NCBI GenBank assembly: GCA_036172245.1
Contig: JAYWIR010000063.1
Location: 62,001 to 126,000 of the forward strand
Direction of reading: 5' to 3'
Origin: Raillietiella orientalis
Lineage: Eukaryota
DNA: 64,000 bases
Shown: positions 12,990-26,699 of the stretch, in pieces
How the letters are laid out: each line of letters opens with the position of its first letter
Position numbering within the stretch: the stretch's first letter is position 1
Program-made: the position numbers and the translations under genes
The notes under the pieces: model-generated
What the model was told of the DNA's origin: nothing
The model's input: only the letters and a program-made list of their open reading frames with translations
Database searches by the model: none

Positions 12990-13880
12990 CCTTAAGGCTG
13001 AGTTTCCCAAATTGTGTTCCGCGTAACACTGGCGTGCACGCACTGTAGGGTTGCAACGGAACACGCGGTCTCCTTCAAACAGTCCTTACAGGATCTCCAG
13101 CTGAGGTTCCGGGTCCACTCTGATGGCCTGATGCACCACTTTGCAGTCCTGGACGAGGGTGCGGCAGGTGTAGGCATGGAGGTCGCCTTCTGTCCACAAG
13201 AATGCTGCAGACCATCAAGAGCTTGCTCTCCTGCCAGTGAGGGACAATGGGCAAGCCCAAAGTTCGAGGGTTCGCAGGCCTTTCAATCTTTTTCCGATTT
13301 GCTGACCCCTGATGAGTGGCAGGAGATCCTCACCTAGCCGGATGGCTGCAGCCACGACCTCCCGTAGGGAGGCAGGAGCTAGGGCTAGGAGACGAATCCA
13401 CAGCGCTTGGGCTCCCTTGGAATTCCTGCAGGAACGCAACTTCCAGGCGCTCGGCGGAGCATCCCTAAGCTGGTGCGGGAGACGCGCGCCCGCAGACCCC
13501 CGCCGCCACGCGCTGACCGATGAAGCACCAGCGGAGGGTGGTTCTCCACGCGCGCATCGGCGGAGGAGGGCCAGGTCCTCAGAGGGGAACCCGAGGCCAT
13601 CGTTTCACATGAGGGCTTCCAGGGCAGGAGAGACGCTCGCAACCGGGCGCGTGCTCAGGAATGCCGCTGGCAAGTGGGCATCAGAGTGGACTCCGAGGGC
13701 GGACCACCAGGGAAGGCCTGAGAAAGTAAGTTGGAGATTGAGATGCTTTTAGAATTCGCATCCGGTGCCCAGCAGCTCTGCTGAGCATCAGTAAGTCTTT
13801 GAGACGCACCTCTGATCTCGATGCGACCGTAGAGTTCCACTTTCTCCCTCTCAGGGCAGGGGACAAGGCCTTTTGCTCCC
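12990..13880 (-). mobile_element. Highly decayed, GC-rich RLE-type element fragment (post-RT region)
   Basis: Fragmentary matches to the Utopia/NeSL post-RT layout (SARGGGG; LREVVAAAIR...QIGK; KWCIR..EWT), spread over several frames. Confidence 0.4.
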
Positions 13881-13989
13881 CTCTGTGCACTTCCCACAGC
13901 GAAGTCCCGAAGATTGCCCTCGATGAGCGCCCCGCCCGTGTGTTGTTCCTCGCGAACTTGCGAGGCTTGGCTGTCTTCTGCAGCCGCGC

Positions 13990-15100
13990 ATCTGCGTCCT
14001 CGGCGCATAGCTACACCAGGCGTTGGGTTGAAACAATAGGAAACAATCGATGCCGAGGGATAGGGAGTTCGTCGCTGGTTCCAGTTCCCCCGCGAGATGA
14101 TGTCGGTTGGCCCACGAACTTCGGGTGCCGCACTGGTAGCGGATAAACCGGATGCCCCCAATAAGTGGCCGAGGTCGGAAGTCGACCCTCCGATGTTCTT
14201 CCAGGAAACAGAATCAAGGAATCCATTCGGATCTCCCTCCGGTTGTGCAAAGGAGACGTCCCCCTCCCCTTCCTTCAGGAGGACCCTCCGTCTCGTACCA
14301 TGGAGCTGGTAGATTGATGGTGTCTTTCCAGAGGGCAAGGAAGCGAGCTGCTCATTTCGGGAAGTGACCCTTCAAAGAAATCTGGAATCTTCCGGGCTCT
14401 CTTCAGAGAAGGAAATAGGAGAGGTTCCCTTGCGGGAGTTCCCTTCGGTAAAGACATTCCAGGAGCGGATCTTTGCTGGAAGTCCCTGCGGAGAAGAAAC
14501 AAAGGAACAGATCCCTCTGGGGGGTTATCTGGAGAGAATAAGGAAAGAATCCCCTTCCGGGTTCCCTTCGGAGACAATAAGGACGGAGGATTGAACCCGG
14601 TTTGAGAAATGGTTTTAACCTGGTCACTCCGGGACGTTTGTTTTGCAAAAAACAAAACAAACCCCAAGTTTAAGGAAAAGAAAAGTATCCCCTCAGAAAA
14701 CAAGAAAAGTTCCCCCAAAATAAGTTCATCCAGGATGACCACCGCCAAGCAGGCCAGCTTCCCAGAACTAAAGGACGGAGGGAGAAGGTAGTAAGTAAAT
14801 AAAAAAAAGATGGGAGAGTGGGGACAGGGGTATGGGTCATTCCTTAATTTTCAGAAGCGACTGTGGATGCTGGGGAAGGGGATCCCTTTCCCAGAGCTGT
14901 TCCTGGATTTATAGGGTGATTCCTCCGGGATTCCCCCGAGAATCGCACCCCCAGGTGGCGTGGACGCTACTCAGAGGACCTTTGTGAGCCTCATTAGAGC
15001 GGAGGAGAACGCATCGTCTTCGGCAGCTTGTGAACTGGGAACAAAGGAAGTCCAGAAGGGATGCAGCAGCAGCGAAGAACCCCGAAGGACCTTCGTCGTC
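13990..15100 (+). repeat. Dispersed repeat family C copy, interrupted by a minus-strand family A 3'-UTR fragment at about 14700-14870
   Basis: Collinear similarity to 54530-56050, 59440-60420 (reverse) and 61320-62340, e.g. GTCGGTTGGCCCACG, GTTCCCTTCGGAGACAA and GGTGGCGTGGAC. Confidence 0.65.
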
Positions 15101-15489
15101 GAAGTCGCCGAATTTTTCAGGATTCGAGGCGCCCCGCCCCGAGGAAGCAAGAAGGTGGCAAGCGAACCCCGACCCCGCACGCGGATGCGAAGGAGCTCTT
15201 TGGAGCCGCAACTCAACGGAGTCAAATCTCCGGTGCTCCGGGAACGGAGACGGCATCCCACGAACATGTCCGAGACGTGCCTCCGGGATCGGGCGCAGAG
15301 AGTTCCAGGGATTCCGAGAGGACATTTAGAAAGATGACTTAGGGCTACAGCGGAAGCGGTCATGTCGGCAGACATCGGGCCTTTCGGGCAAGCTGCTGCC
15401 TGGGGTCCTCCTCGGTAACGGTCACGGCTTGGATCCATCCTGCTTGCCGGTGTCTCAGCCGGTTCATTCACAAAGTAGGTCTCGAACAG

Positions 15490-16760
15490 GCATCTCACCC
15501 TTCAAAGCTGCGTGGTCAGTGATCCAATGCACTACCTGAAGGACTCCCTTTCTAGCAGCGCTGACTCAGCCTTCCTCCAAAGGAGACGGTGGGTCAAACG
15601 CTCTCTTATGCAGCTCTCTTCAGTGCGGACGCTTGAGACACCTGCCGTGGCTCAAACTTCCGCGCGCAGCATCCAGCTTTTTCTCTGCCTCGCCCTCTGT
15701 GGTTTTCCATGACCAGCCGGGAGCGCAGGCCTCGGGATGGAGGTGGCATCCCCCGACCAAGCCCACTTCTGGGCCACCGGCCGGCGCGTTGCCCTGGAGC
15801 TGCTCTGCGAATGGACCACCCGCGTCTCCCCGGTCACAGGCTCGCTTCTCGAGGAAGCGCGCCGAGGTCGCGTTGTGGCCGAAGAGGAACTGAGAGAGGG
15901 GATCCAGGGTAGAGGCGGACCGCTTTCTCCTCGACCACCAGACGTGAATAAGATGGAAGGAGAGCATCTGGACGAACTTCAAGTTGATCCCCTAAACTTT
16001 GAACCGGTCGGCAAGATGTGATTCCACGAGATGGAGAGAAGCTTCCCGACTCTGTACGAGGCGTTCCTGGGAGAAAGCGGCCGCAACCAAGGCGAGAAGT
16101 GGTCCAGACGTGGGATGTCCATGCTCTTGGTCAAGAGTGCTTGCTTGATGGTGGCTCTCTCCTCCCTCCCTGATCCTCCGTGGGATGGAAGCGAAGGGGA
16201 TTACCGGTGGATCCTCTGACTCGCCAAGGACTCCGAGATAGGGGTTGGAGAGTCAGGAGAACGAGAGATGCCGGGGCCACTCCTGCATTCTGCATGAAGC
16301 GTATCCAGGGATAGATCGCAGGAGGGCAACAGGATGCCAAAACTGGATGCACTGGAATGAAGATAAAGCCATCAGTAACCCCAGGAACGAGAAAGAACAC
16401 CAAGATGTTGCTGATCAGCAATATAGTGAAGGAGTCGATGTAGAGGTGCTGGACCGCTCCCGCCGGACCTTCGGCTGTCTGGGACCCCGGCAACGAAGCG
16501 AGCAGTCCTCCGAAGTGAGCTGGGTGTCCCATGGATGCACGCGGACGAAGCGAGGCGGCAGCCATGTGCATCCTTCACACTCGCAACATCTGCGGAATGG
16601 GCATGTCGATCCTTGCGCGAATGGCCCTCCGGCCTTGCGGTGACCTCACGAAGAGGAGCAGCTCTTGGATTCACGCCCAGGACGTTCATTTCGCAAAAAT
16701 AAGGTAAAGCTACAGGATGGGAAAGCAGTCGTCGAGACGGCGATTTCCCTATAAAAAAAG
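15490..16760 (+). mobile_element. Decayed RLE-type element 3' half
   Basis: HFWATGRRVALELLCEW and an RLE-like AGPSAVWDPGNEA...TRNI; ends at an A-rich tract (16751-16759). Confidence 0.55.
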
Positions 16761-16949
16761 ACCAAAGGAAGTCCAAGGGGTGCGAGAGTCCGAGCTCTGG
16801 ATGATAGGTTCCACCCCTGCCGCGCCCTGAAGTGATAGCACGACCGACGAGCCTGACTGGATTCCTGAACGTCCATAGCGGAAGGATGGGGACAAAGGAC
16901 AAAAATGAATCAAAGGTCAGGGGAAGGAGGGTCTCTGGCTTCTCCCTTC

Positions 16950-19355
16950 CATTTTCGAAACGCCGGGAAAAGTTAGGAACAGGCGAGAAGGTGAGGCCAC
17001 CTGGCAGCCGTCCTCATGGGGACAACTGCCATGCTGGCTGCTTGCGTTCGTGGATCTCCAGACACCGGCAAATGGTGGGCCGTGACGATGGGACGGATGC
17101 AACAGGTCGTCGCTATCACGGCGCCGGCGAAGGATCACCTCAATGTCTCCGGTGTGCAGGAGTGTTAAGGTCATCTCTCAGATCACTGTAGCCCAACGAG
17201 AGATGCGGGAACGATTCGATCGTCCGGCACTTCAAACAGTTTTCGGGGAAGTCACGGCCTCAGTAAATCCGGTTTACACGCTGGTTGCACTGGAAACCTC
17301 AATTCAGAAACAGCAGGATATCTTATTTCCCCTTCAGCGGAAACACGGGAGTGTTTCTACACAGGGGAGGGACGGCAAGCGACTCAAGGGGCACTTCACT
17401 GGGCTGGGAATGGCGCGACTCCTGGTCCCACGTTCCCGAGGTATTGGGCGCTTCCACGTTTCGTCTTCACGTCCCGCTTCGTGCACCCAGAATTCCCGAA
17501 CGGACAAACGGCGTTTGAGCCCGTAGGACTCAGAATCCGAAAATTCTTAGCCTCTTTGCTCCTTGGGGGTGATCTCTGGAGTGCCTGAGCCCCCGAGGGA
17601 GTAGTGAACTAGACAAGGAATCTTCCTTGGACGAGGTCAAGACGGCGTTTGAAGGACTGCACAAGGACGTGGCAGCGGACCCACAGCGTGCCATCACGCA
17701 CCATCGGAGGCACCTGGCAGCCTACCTTCTCCTGTTCCGCCAACTGTTGTCCTGCGTTGCTAAGGAATAACAACTTCCCTCCTATTTTCCATCGAAGCAG
17801 CATGCGACTACTTCCCAAGAGTAGCAGGGACCCTCACACGGTCATCAAGTGAAGGCCTATCTCCATCCTGGCCTCGGATGCGGAGTAAAAGGCGAAGATC
17901 TGAGTCAACAGACTAGGAAGAACCAGGAAATCAGTGATCGCTTCCACGCAGATGTGTTCTGTCCTAGGCAGACGCATGTGGGATAACGTTAAGTACTCCC
18001 AAGACCTCCTGGAATACGACCGTATCCTAGGAACTCTCTGGTGCTGGGCTTCACCAGCATTAAGACCTTTGTCTCGGTGAAGCACTCTGTACTGCTGAAG
18101 ATCCTGCGGAAGCTGGGCTCCAGGCAAAGCTCCTGCAGTACGTCGACCCAGTCAGCTCTACATCAGCGTGAACGGGTTAACATCGCAGATCAACACGAAA
18201 AGAGGAGCTCCATGTCCTTCGTGCTGTACATGGAGACAGCGAACGCCTTCGTCACTAAAAAGAGCCAGCTAGGACATGTCACCCTGAAAGTTGAAAGAGT
18301 CACGCACCTGGTCTACGTCGACAACTTGCTCTTCGTGGTGTCAAACGAGCGGGATCCAGAGGCGTTCTTGGACACCATGCAGGCCATGGAGGGCGGACTC
18401 GGTCCCAAAGAGAAACCCACAATTCCTGTCTTCTGGCAGTGAGGATTCCGAATGTCGCCGTCCCCAACTCCCATGGCTTCCACATCGTCGTCAGGGCGAA
18501 GCTCTTGGGAGTACTCATCGCCGAACACATCGCAGTGGAAACGCAATGGCAAACCTTGCTTGCCAAGCTGAGATTGGAACCCCACCTGTACGAGGGGTTC
18601 AACCTTTCCTACAGTGGCCGGGGTAGTGCGTGCTGGGGTAGTACTACCCTCCCGCTAAAGTGGCAGGAGTCAGCGATCCTTCTTTGCTTTGAGGTCTTCC
18701 GTGTAACGACCGTCTACACCACTGGACCCGGGAGAGGACATGAGCCCCAACTGCAGCAGGTACGGGGAATGAGAGTCCCTTCCGCACCTGCTCGTGGATC
18801 GTGTAGCCCTCCGCCCCCTGTGGAAACCTTTCGCCGCTGCGGCCCTGCGGATTCTCGAGGGCAACTCCAGAGACGTTTCGAAGCACCTCCTCCTGCTCGA
18901 CGCTCTCACCCTGGCCGCATTCCCAGTAGCACTTTGCTGCCCATGCAGAGGAACCGTAGCTGTATGGAGCACGCCAAAGGAGACCAGAACGACAGGAGAG
19001 CCATCTATCTTGCAGTCCTCTTCATAAGGATAGAGTCACGATGGCTCCATCTGGGGATCGTATAACAGAAACTGGCTGGTATCCTGCAAAGGATGTTCAG
19101 GACACCCTCCAGCACCCGATGACCCCTTCCCGAACCCTCCCAATTTCTATCGTGTACATTTTTTTTGGTTTGATCCCTGTTTTTGCTTGTCCTCCTCCCC
19201 CTCCCCTCTGCTGCCAAGGCGAATTCCGTCGGCCAGAGCACCGCTCTCGGCAGGTTGCCGTGGTTACATTTGTGACGTGGCAGGACCAAACATCTTGCCA
19301 CCGACTTGTATCTTTATTTTCTATAAATAAGCGCCCCGCGCAATCGAGTGTCAAA
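16950..19355 (+). mobile_element. Decayed, internally deleted L1/Tx1-like LINE, family A
   Basis: RT remnants LLPKS..RPISIL, KI*VNRL, THLVYVDNLLF and AKLLGV, then the LPLKWQE C-terminal region and the family A 3' UTR. Confidence 0.8.
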
Positions 19356-22300
19356 CCAATCCTACAAGGACAAAGAGAACCTCTGAAAGAGAGAGATCAC
19401 GCCCAAGTTTCTCTTCGCTGCGTCCTCCACGAGAATCCCAGAGAAGGAATCAAAGAACCAAAGAGCATCCAAGGGGACTTGATCTGGAGGAGGAAAAGAC
19501 CAAAGGTGAAGATGAAGAGCCTATTCCACCCGAAAAGCAAAAGGAAGGCACAGTGCAGAAACCCGGTCACCGTCCGTCCCCACTTCCCGGAGGCGAAAAG
19601 CTTCCTGCTACTATTGCTCCCCATATCCTGTACCTATTTATTTATCTGTTCATTTTTTTCCTCCACTGTCCCCTCAACCCTTACATTACAACCCTTACAA
19701 CCCGGAAGACTCTCTCGGCAGCTTCTGCAGCGGTTCCAGAAAGGTCGGTGCTACCCTCACGAAACCTCCGTGGTACGCCTCCTGTGTAGAGGCGCCATCT
19801 GCAGGGCATGCACGAAGGAACGATCGTTTCTCCTCACTGCTGCTAGATGGGAGATCCGTCGCGGAGACCAGGCTCAGGAGCGAGAGATGCCCGCGTACAT
19901 CTCCGCGCGGGTTCACTTCCGGTCCGATCCCAGCCTCTGCTACACCATGGAGCATGCCGTACGCCGCGATCGATCCTGGACGCCTCTGAGCAGCGAGGGA
20001 TTTGACAGCAGAATTCCCGTACGATCCTGGAAGAGGGACGAGCCACGAGGGTAGGCTTACGGCAGACCTTGCGGGTTCGAAGGCGAGGGCTATCCCCAGA
20101 AGCCAGAAAGAAGTCAAGAGGAGGAATTGCCGCGACCTCGCGGGACCTTACTGAGGTCTGCCACCCGAAAAGTGGAACCCAAAGTTCCTCCTAGGGCAAG
20201 AATGCCCAAACCCCTACAAATCACCTGGGCATTTGGAAAGTTCAGATGAAAGAAAAGAGAAGCCCAGATGAGAAAAAGATAAGAGGTGTGAGGCCTCTTC
20301 TCTTCGCAGAGAAGATGTGAGCGCGGAGGACACGGAGAAGGAGACGACGCACAGAGGGAGAATCTGCAACGAGGAGACGAAGGCGCCGGAACCAAACCGT
20401 GCCATTCCTGGACTTCCATCTTGCTGCCGCCGTCGATCGTGGTCGCCGTCGCAGTCACGGCTTCCACATCTGTCCGGAGGCTGTAACCTCGGAAATGTTT
20501 CCCGTCTGGACTGTTCCCTCCGGGCAGGAAGAAAAAGAGAACTCCGTTCCGAGAGCACCCTGTGCCTTGCCGAAGTGTCAAAAGACTGCCATAAAGTTGA
20601 CTTTATGAATCGTCAGCAGACCACTGGGCCGCCTGCCCCGCTGAGAACGTTGAGAATCCTCAAACGTGAAAGAGGGAGTCCTCTTTGGATTCATCTGACA
20701 TGCTAGATGTGCCACAATGTTGGAGGCTAGTTTGGTTGCACGATGGCTTCCTAGGGCAATTGGAAAGCCGAAAATGTCCTGCCCGATCGGAACGTTCTCG
20801 CGCGAACCACAAAGATCGCTAGACATCTTTCGACGTCATTTCCAAAAGTCTTCATTACAGACAATCGCTGTCACTTTTTCTTTTTTTCGTTTTGAGAAAA
20901 AAAAAGGATTCAGGAGTCCTCCCGGAAGCTCTTCGTGGCGGAACATGCTTGGCCACACCTGTCCGGGTTTCCAGCACAACCACGAATGGCTTCCAGTCGA
21001 TGGCCACTTACAAAAGTGCTTTGGGTTACAGGTTGGACCGTGCGCTGTTTGATGTCACAGATGGACAGCGCAAGAGTTGGTAGAGGGAGGGGATCCAGGA
21101 ATTCCACGTGGAAGCCGGTCAACAAATTTTCGAGAGCCGAACCGAAAGTTCGCGACCGCCGTGCTGCCACGGGCAGCCAGGATGCAGCATCTCCTCAAGA
21201 CCACACTCACAAAACGATCTTCTGTTGTTGCTTAGTTTCTCCGGACGTTGGCTCACTCGTTCCGCAGCCAACCCTCCATTAATGCATCCCAAGCCGTGCT
21301 CGGCACCTACCGGAAACTATCTTCAAGCAGCAAGCGCAGGCATCACGGTGTATGCTTTTTTCAACAGTCGCAAGATGGCACTGTAGGACAGCACGAGAAT
21401 CTGCACGGCACCTAACGGTAGACTTTACTACTCAAAAATCAAGACTTTATTATGAAATTTTTTGTATTGTAAAAATTTTAATAACAAAAGCCCCGGCTCA
21501 CCCGGGTGGAAAACCTAACGGTAGAGCTGCTTTCATTTCGTCCGCTCGCATACGTCCAGCGTTGATGGCTCGAAGATACTCCGCAGAGCATGAAATGATC
21601 AGCACTCGGTGGAAATGGTGCTCAGAAACACTTGCACGTCTGTCTTATACGACCGTCGCTTGTTGAGCTTGCTGTTTCAGGAGGGAAGGAGAGGGTGTGT
21701 CGGTCCACTGCGCGCCGTCTCCATTTCCTTTTCGAGTTTTTGATAGCTTTGACGTGCGTTGCTCTGAATGTTTCTGTGTCGTGCCAACTTGACCGCCGCC
21801 GCTGGAACTCTGCAACGGAACCGGATGATTCTTCAGCCACTTTTCCGGAGACCAACCGACTGCTGCGTTTGCACGAGGGAAGACTGAAATTTTTCCGCCT
21901 TCCTCATGGCAGTTTGCGGAACGGGAAGGGACGGCCTTGTCCACAGCAAGATTTCGCAAAGTCACCCCCCCCCCCCCCCAAGTCTCTCCCGAGATACAAC
22001 AGCGTGATGAATGGTCAGACTCCATGATGAAGAGCATTTTTCAAGCAAGGACCGCGCTGACAGCTGAGCTTCACCGGTCGCAAATGCGATGGCGCAAGGA
22101 AGCAAACTTGCTTAGCAATCGGGGATTTCTGTTTGGAGGGATTTCTGTTCATCTCGTGCAGGCGGGACGTTTCTGCGTCCGCTGCTCCCCAGTCTGCGGA
22201 AAGCGAGTGGCGCTCGTCAAAGAAGCTCCACCTAAGCTCGAGCAGCTGCTGGGAAAAATTCATTTTTTCGCGACTGACCGTGGAGGAGTGAAGACTGGTA

Positions 22301-23324
22301 GGGAACCCGGTCCTCAGCAATCCGCTCCTCCTTCCTCCTGGAAGGTGGAGCTTTCGCCAAGCGACGCTCAACTCGCGCGCACTCAGTGAGGCAAAAAAGG
22401 AAAATGGCGGCGATCGCAGCGGCAAGCCTGCTCTCGCTCGGTACTCCTGCCGAGTTCGGAAAGCGCCCGCTAAGGTTCGAGGGCGCTAGTTAGAGGGAGC
22501 GGCCTCCCTGCTGACTCGGGAAGCGTTCCCGCCTTTGCGGCGGCCCCGCAGGGCGTTGGTGAATTCGGAAACGCCCGGGAATTGCCCGGCCGGAGCAGAA
22601 CTGTCGCCAGCTCCATCTATCGAGGAGCAGCGCGATGAAGAGGGATTTCGCAGGGAAGATGCAGATCGGAGAGCATCGATCTGAGAGCGGTCTTATGGTG
22701 GAATGGACTCGCCTTCCGTCCGCAGCTTCCCTGCTCCCGAGTGAAATACCGGAGCGGATCGGCTTCTCCCGGAGGGGCACTCGACGATTTCATTCGGACC
22801 GAACCGGTCCCATCGGATGGACCGCATCCGCATCGCTCCGCAGACGGTCGGAAGCGCCAGCCGAAGGGTCGCAGCCGCCGACCGAACTAGGCGAGCGGTC
22901 GGCTTCAGGGAGGCGGGTAGCAGGTCACCCGAGGACCCATCACTCCAAGAACTCGACCCCACATAAGACTGCGGGCGAGTGAACCCCGGATTCAGGCTTA
23001 TTTCGGACCTGTGCCTCTAGGAGCGCTGCTACCGACCCGTTGCTGACCAGCTCTCCTGTCGTCCGCTGAGTCGGATTTTCTCTCCGCGCGCCCGAGGCGC
23101 GCGCCTCGCTCCAGGAGGAAGGAGAGGACGGCTCCAGCCGCATAGGGGCAAGGTCGATGGTCCACTGACCACCACCCCTACAACACCCCTCCTCCCAGGT
23201 AGACCGCGACGCCTTGTTCAATTTCGACTCCGTTCCATGTGGTGGACGGCAGCGCCCGAGGGGGACTTCCAATCCGACCCCTCGAGATTTCACCCTCAAT
23301 CGCTCCCGGGCACGCTCCTCCCGA

Positions 23325-23560
23325 CCGGGTGCTGGAGGACGTCCTCTGCATCCTTGGCAGGATGCCGGCAAGTTTCTATTTGAGCATTCCTAGATTGGGC
23401 CATCTTGAACGCTGTCCTCACGAAGAGAACCGCAAAATATATGGAGTCCCTATCGTTCTGGTCTGCCCCTTACTCTGGCAAGGAAGGCACTGAGCAGCAG
23501 CCAAGCGTCGAGGCGGGAAGTCTCCTGAAAGATCGCAAGAGAAGATCATCTTTTCTCCTG
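23325..23560 (-). mobile_element. Family A LINE 3' coding fragment
   Basis: The reverse complement carries ACTTGCCGGCATCCTGCCAAGGATGCAGAGGACGTCCTCCAGCA, the family A ORF2 end. Confidence 0.7.
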
Positions 23561-23562
23561 CA

Positions 23563-23894
23563 AGAGAAAAGATGAGTGATCGGACCATGGGGCAGCTGGC
23601 GGATGCTGCTAACCCAAGTGTCCTTCCGCGAGGACTACACCGCTGGAACGAGTTGCCCGGTATTCCAAGCGGAGACCTGAAGCAGCCCCAGCTTTCGTGG
23701 ACAGCAGCGCCGTCCCCCTGGAGTGGCAGGAGTAGGCACTTCTCCTGTAGCAATGGGGTATTCTCTGCAACGCGCGCCGTCACCACTGGACGCTGGGGAG
23801 GGAGAGCCGGCACCGTCGCAGGTGGGGGGAACGTGAATCCCTCCCGCGCCTGCGTGCGGACTGCGTTGCCCTCCGGCCTCTATGGGAACGTTTC
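23563..23894 (+). repeat. 332-bp near-identical copy of 32828-33159 (family A ORF2 segment)
   Basis: Direct comparison: same length, three substitutions seen by eye. Confidence 0.9.
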
Positions 23895-24939
23895 AACTCA
23901 GCAAGTCAGGTTGAGGTTGAGGAGGAATCGGTTGTGGGAGAGCTCAGAGGGTCCCACGACGAAAGATGTACGTTTGTTTTGTTCAAGAAACGCTCCCAGC
24001 GTGACTGGATGACAAGCCGGCAAGCCTTGCAATCGCGGGGGATCAGAGTCAATTCCCCATCTCTGTAAGAGAGCCACCAGCTGCAAGTCACTGGAGCAAA
24101 GGCACTGGGGAAGGTTCAGACAACCCTTCCTGAACCCACGCTCCATTGGGACCACCCTACGGAGAAGAGACCTACCTCCAAGTGATGCTTCATTACAATG
24201 GCCCCAACACTAGACGGCGAACCTCAATTGTCCCACGTGAGGGGTCATGGAAGATGACCTGATCTTAGAGTTTTAAATGGCACGTTTAAAGGTCATTAGA
24301 GTAGTGGAAGCCTAAAATGCTTGGCTTCGAGGAGATGTTGGTCACGATAAACATCTCTCCAGAGTGAGGCTGGATCACTGCACTGGGCTGATCTCTGCGA
24401 TAACCCCAAACAAGGGTTACTCAAAAGCAGCATTTTCAGGCTGCGTTCACGTGGACTCCCGCAAAAATGTGCGAAAGAATTTTCTTAGTGTGTGTAGGGA
24501 ACATTTCTCCTATCTTGTGAGTAGTGCCCCAGAGTGTTCAACTCTCCCCAGGCAGTTCCAAGAGTGAAGGGCTTGTAAACGCAGCCCCCTCCCATAGAAA
24601 GGATAACAGATGGTGAGGTTCCCACGCCCATGGAGGTGGCCAGGCAGGCACTGCCCGAAAGGTGACCGCGTTCGTGTTGGCAACAACAACACTGACGCCG
24701 CTGCCCTACGCGGTCGCGGCAGCCCGCTTTGCAGAACACGGCGGAGGCGGCAGTGGCGAGGCCAACGAAGCCCTCCATCTTTGAAACTTGAAGATCCTGG
24801 GAGACATCAGGAATCTGCTGTAGGCCTCGTTCATCCCCCTCGCCTCAGTGCTGTCTTCCCTAAGAAGAGCAACGGACAGCCAACTGCCAGCGAGCAGGGA
24901 AGTGACCCGCGATAGGGAGCAGGAAAAACCACCTGAGTG

Positions 24940-25825
24940 CGTGGACAACTCGGGAGCTGGCGGACGCCGCGACTGCGAGTGTCCCACCAAACGGACTACT
25001 ACGCTGGGGAGAGCTACTACAAATTCCTTCGGAGGAGGCACAGTATACCTCCTCCGGTCCCCAGAGCGTTGGAACATCGCAATCCTCCCCCTAAAGTGGA
25101 AGGAGTCGGCACTTCCGCCGTTGCACTGGGACCTCCCATGCAACGCCCACCGCTCCCACTGGACCCGGGAGGGCTGTGGATCCCAACTATTGCAGACGCG
25201 GGGAGCGGGAATCCCAGCTTCCGCACCTTCTTGTAGACTGTGCTGCTCTCCGGCCCCCTGGGCCGCTCTACGCAACCAACCTTGGTGCACCGAATAACAT
25301 CCCAGGGGCATGCTGAAGCGCCTCTTCGTGCGCGACGTTCTTTCGCCTGCCGCATCCCTGGCAGCTCTTTGCTGCTGCCTACGCGGGGTTGTGGTGGCCT
25401 GGAGCTACTCGAGAGGAGGATGGCGCGACGGGGACGCTATCTGCTTCGCCTTGCGCTTCATGAGGACGGCATTTACAAAGACATAAGGTGCACATAGTGC
25501 AAAAATTTGAACATGGCCCTACCCGGGGCATACTCGGATTGAACTTGCCGGCATCCTGGAAAGGATACAGAGGACATCCTCCAGAGAACAGAGATCCCTT
25601 CCCTAATCCTTCCAATTTTTTTGTATATATTTCTTTGTTTTATTTTTGTTCCTATTTGCCCCCTCTTCCCCCCCCCCTCTCTGCTGTAGAGTCCCTGCAT
25701 CACGCCGACCTGAGTGACAGTCACTCGGCAGGCTCCAAGCATTTTCTCACAAGGTGGGGCAGACGGTCCTATACCTGTATGTTTGTTATTTTTTATAATA
25801 AACCTCCCGGCGTGACCGCGTGATA
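24940..25825 (+). mobile_element. Family A LINE 3' fragment
   Basis: ILPLKWKE..LHW motif, ORF2 end, T-rich UTR, AATAAA and hairpin CCCGG-CGTGA-CCGCG (25806-25820). Confidence 0.75.
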
Positions 25826-26699
25826 AGCCGAAGAAGGAGCGCAAGAAGAACTCCGACCGGCCCATGCCCTGAGGATTGCCTCCGCTTCCCGAAGCAGAGG
25901 TGAAGGAGAGACAGGCGGGGCAACAAATGGAGCTCTCGCTCTTCCCCACCTCCCTCTTCCTCCTCCTCTACAGACAGCGAAACAAACCTCCTAGAAAAGC
26001 AGCATCAGAGAAGAAGCCACAAAAGGAAAGGCAGCAGTCGGCCTCAGGAGAGCTTCCTCCTCCCCCGGTGTCGGCGCCAACAAGCCGCTTGACCGAGGAA
26101 GAGAAGCAGCATGTGGACGCTGCATTTGAGGAAGCGGTTCGTTCGCACGACACCAAAAAACACGAGAAGCAGATTCTGCTGCTCTCGACGCGGGCGCAAA
26201 GCAGACGAAAAGGGGCGCCTCGAAGAGCAAAGATCAGAGAAAGAGTAGGCGAGAGCCGCAACCGTCGAGGCGGTGGAAGCAAACCGCCTACGGCGAGAAA
26301 AGCAGCGAGAACTGTGTGCCTCGTGCAGCAGGGGAAAAAAGTCAGCAGACTTGGCAGGGTCGGAAAGCGACATCCGACATGAAAGATCCGCTGGGAACGA
26401 GACGGTGGGCTCCCTCCGGAGCAGAAAAAGAACACGAATGAGAAAGCCTTGCAATCCCCGACAGCCTTCTTCCTGTCGACCACGTCAAGAAAACAGGAAC
26501 TTGCATTTGGGCGAAATGTGAGGACAAAGACTATGAGCGAAAGACGAGTCTGTCAAGTGCTGCCACAGGCAAAAACTGAAGTTTTGTCAGTAAAGGTTAA
26601 AATGTGAAATTTGATTGGTCAACATGTTTATCATACCGCTTGCGGGACCTGGGGAAAACGGAAGATGGCCTGCACCCGTGCGCATGCAGGACGCTTGTC

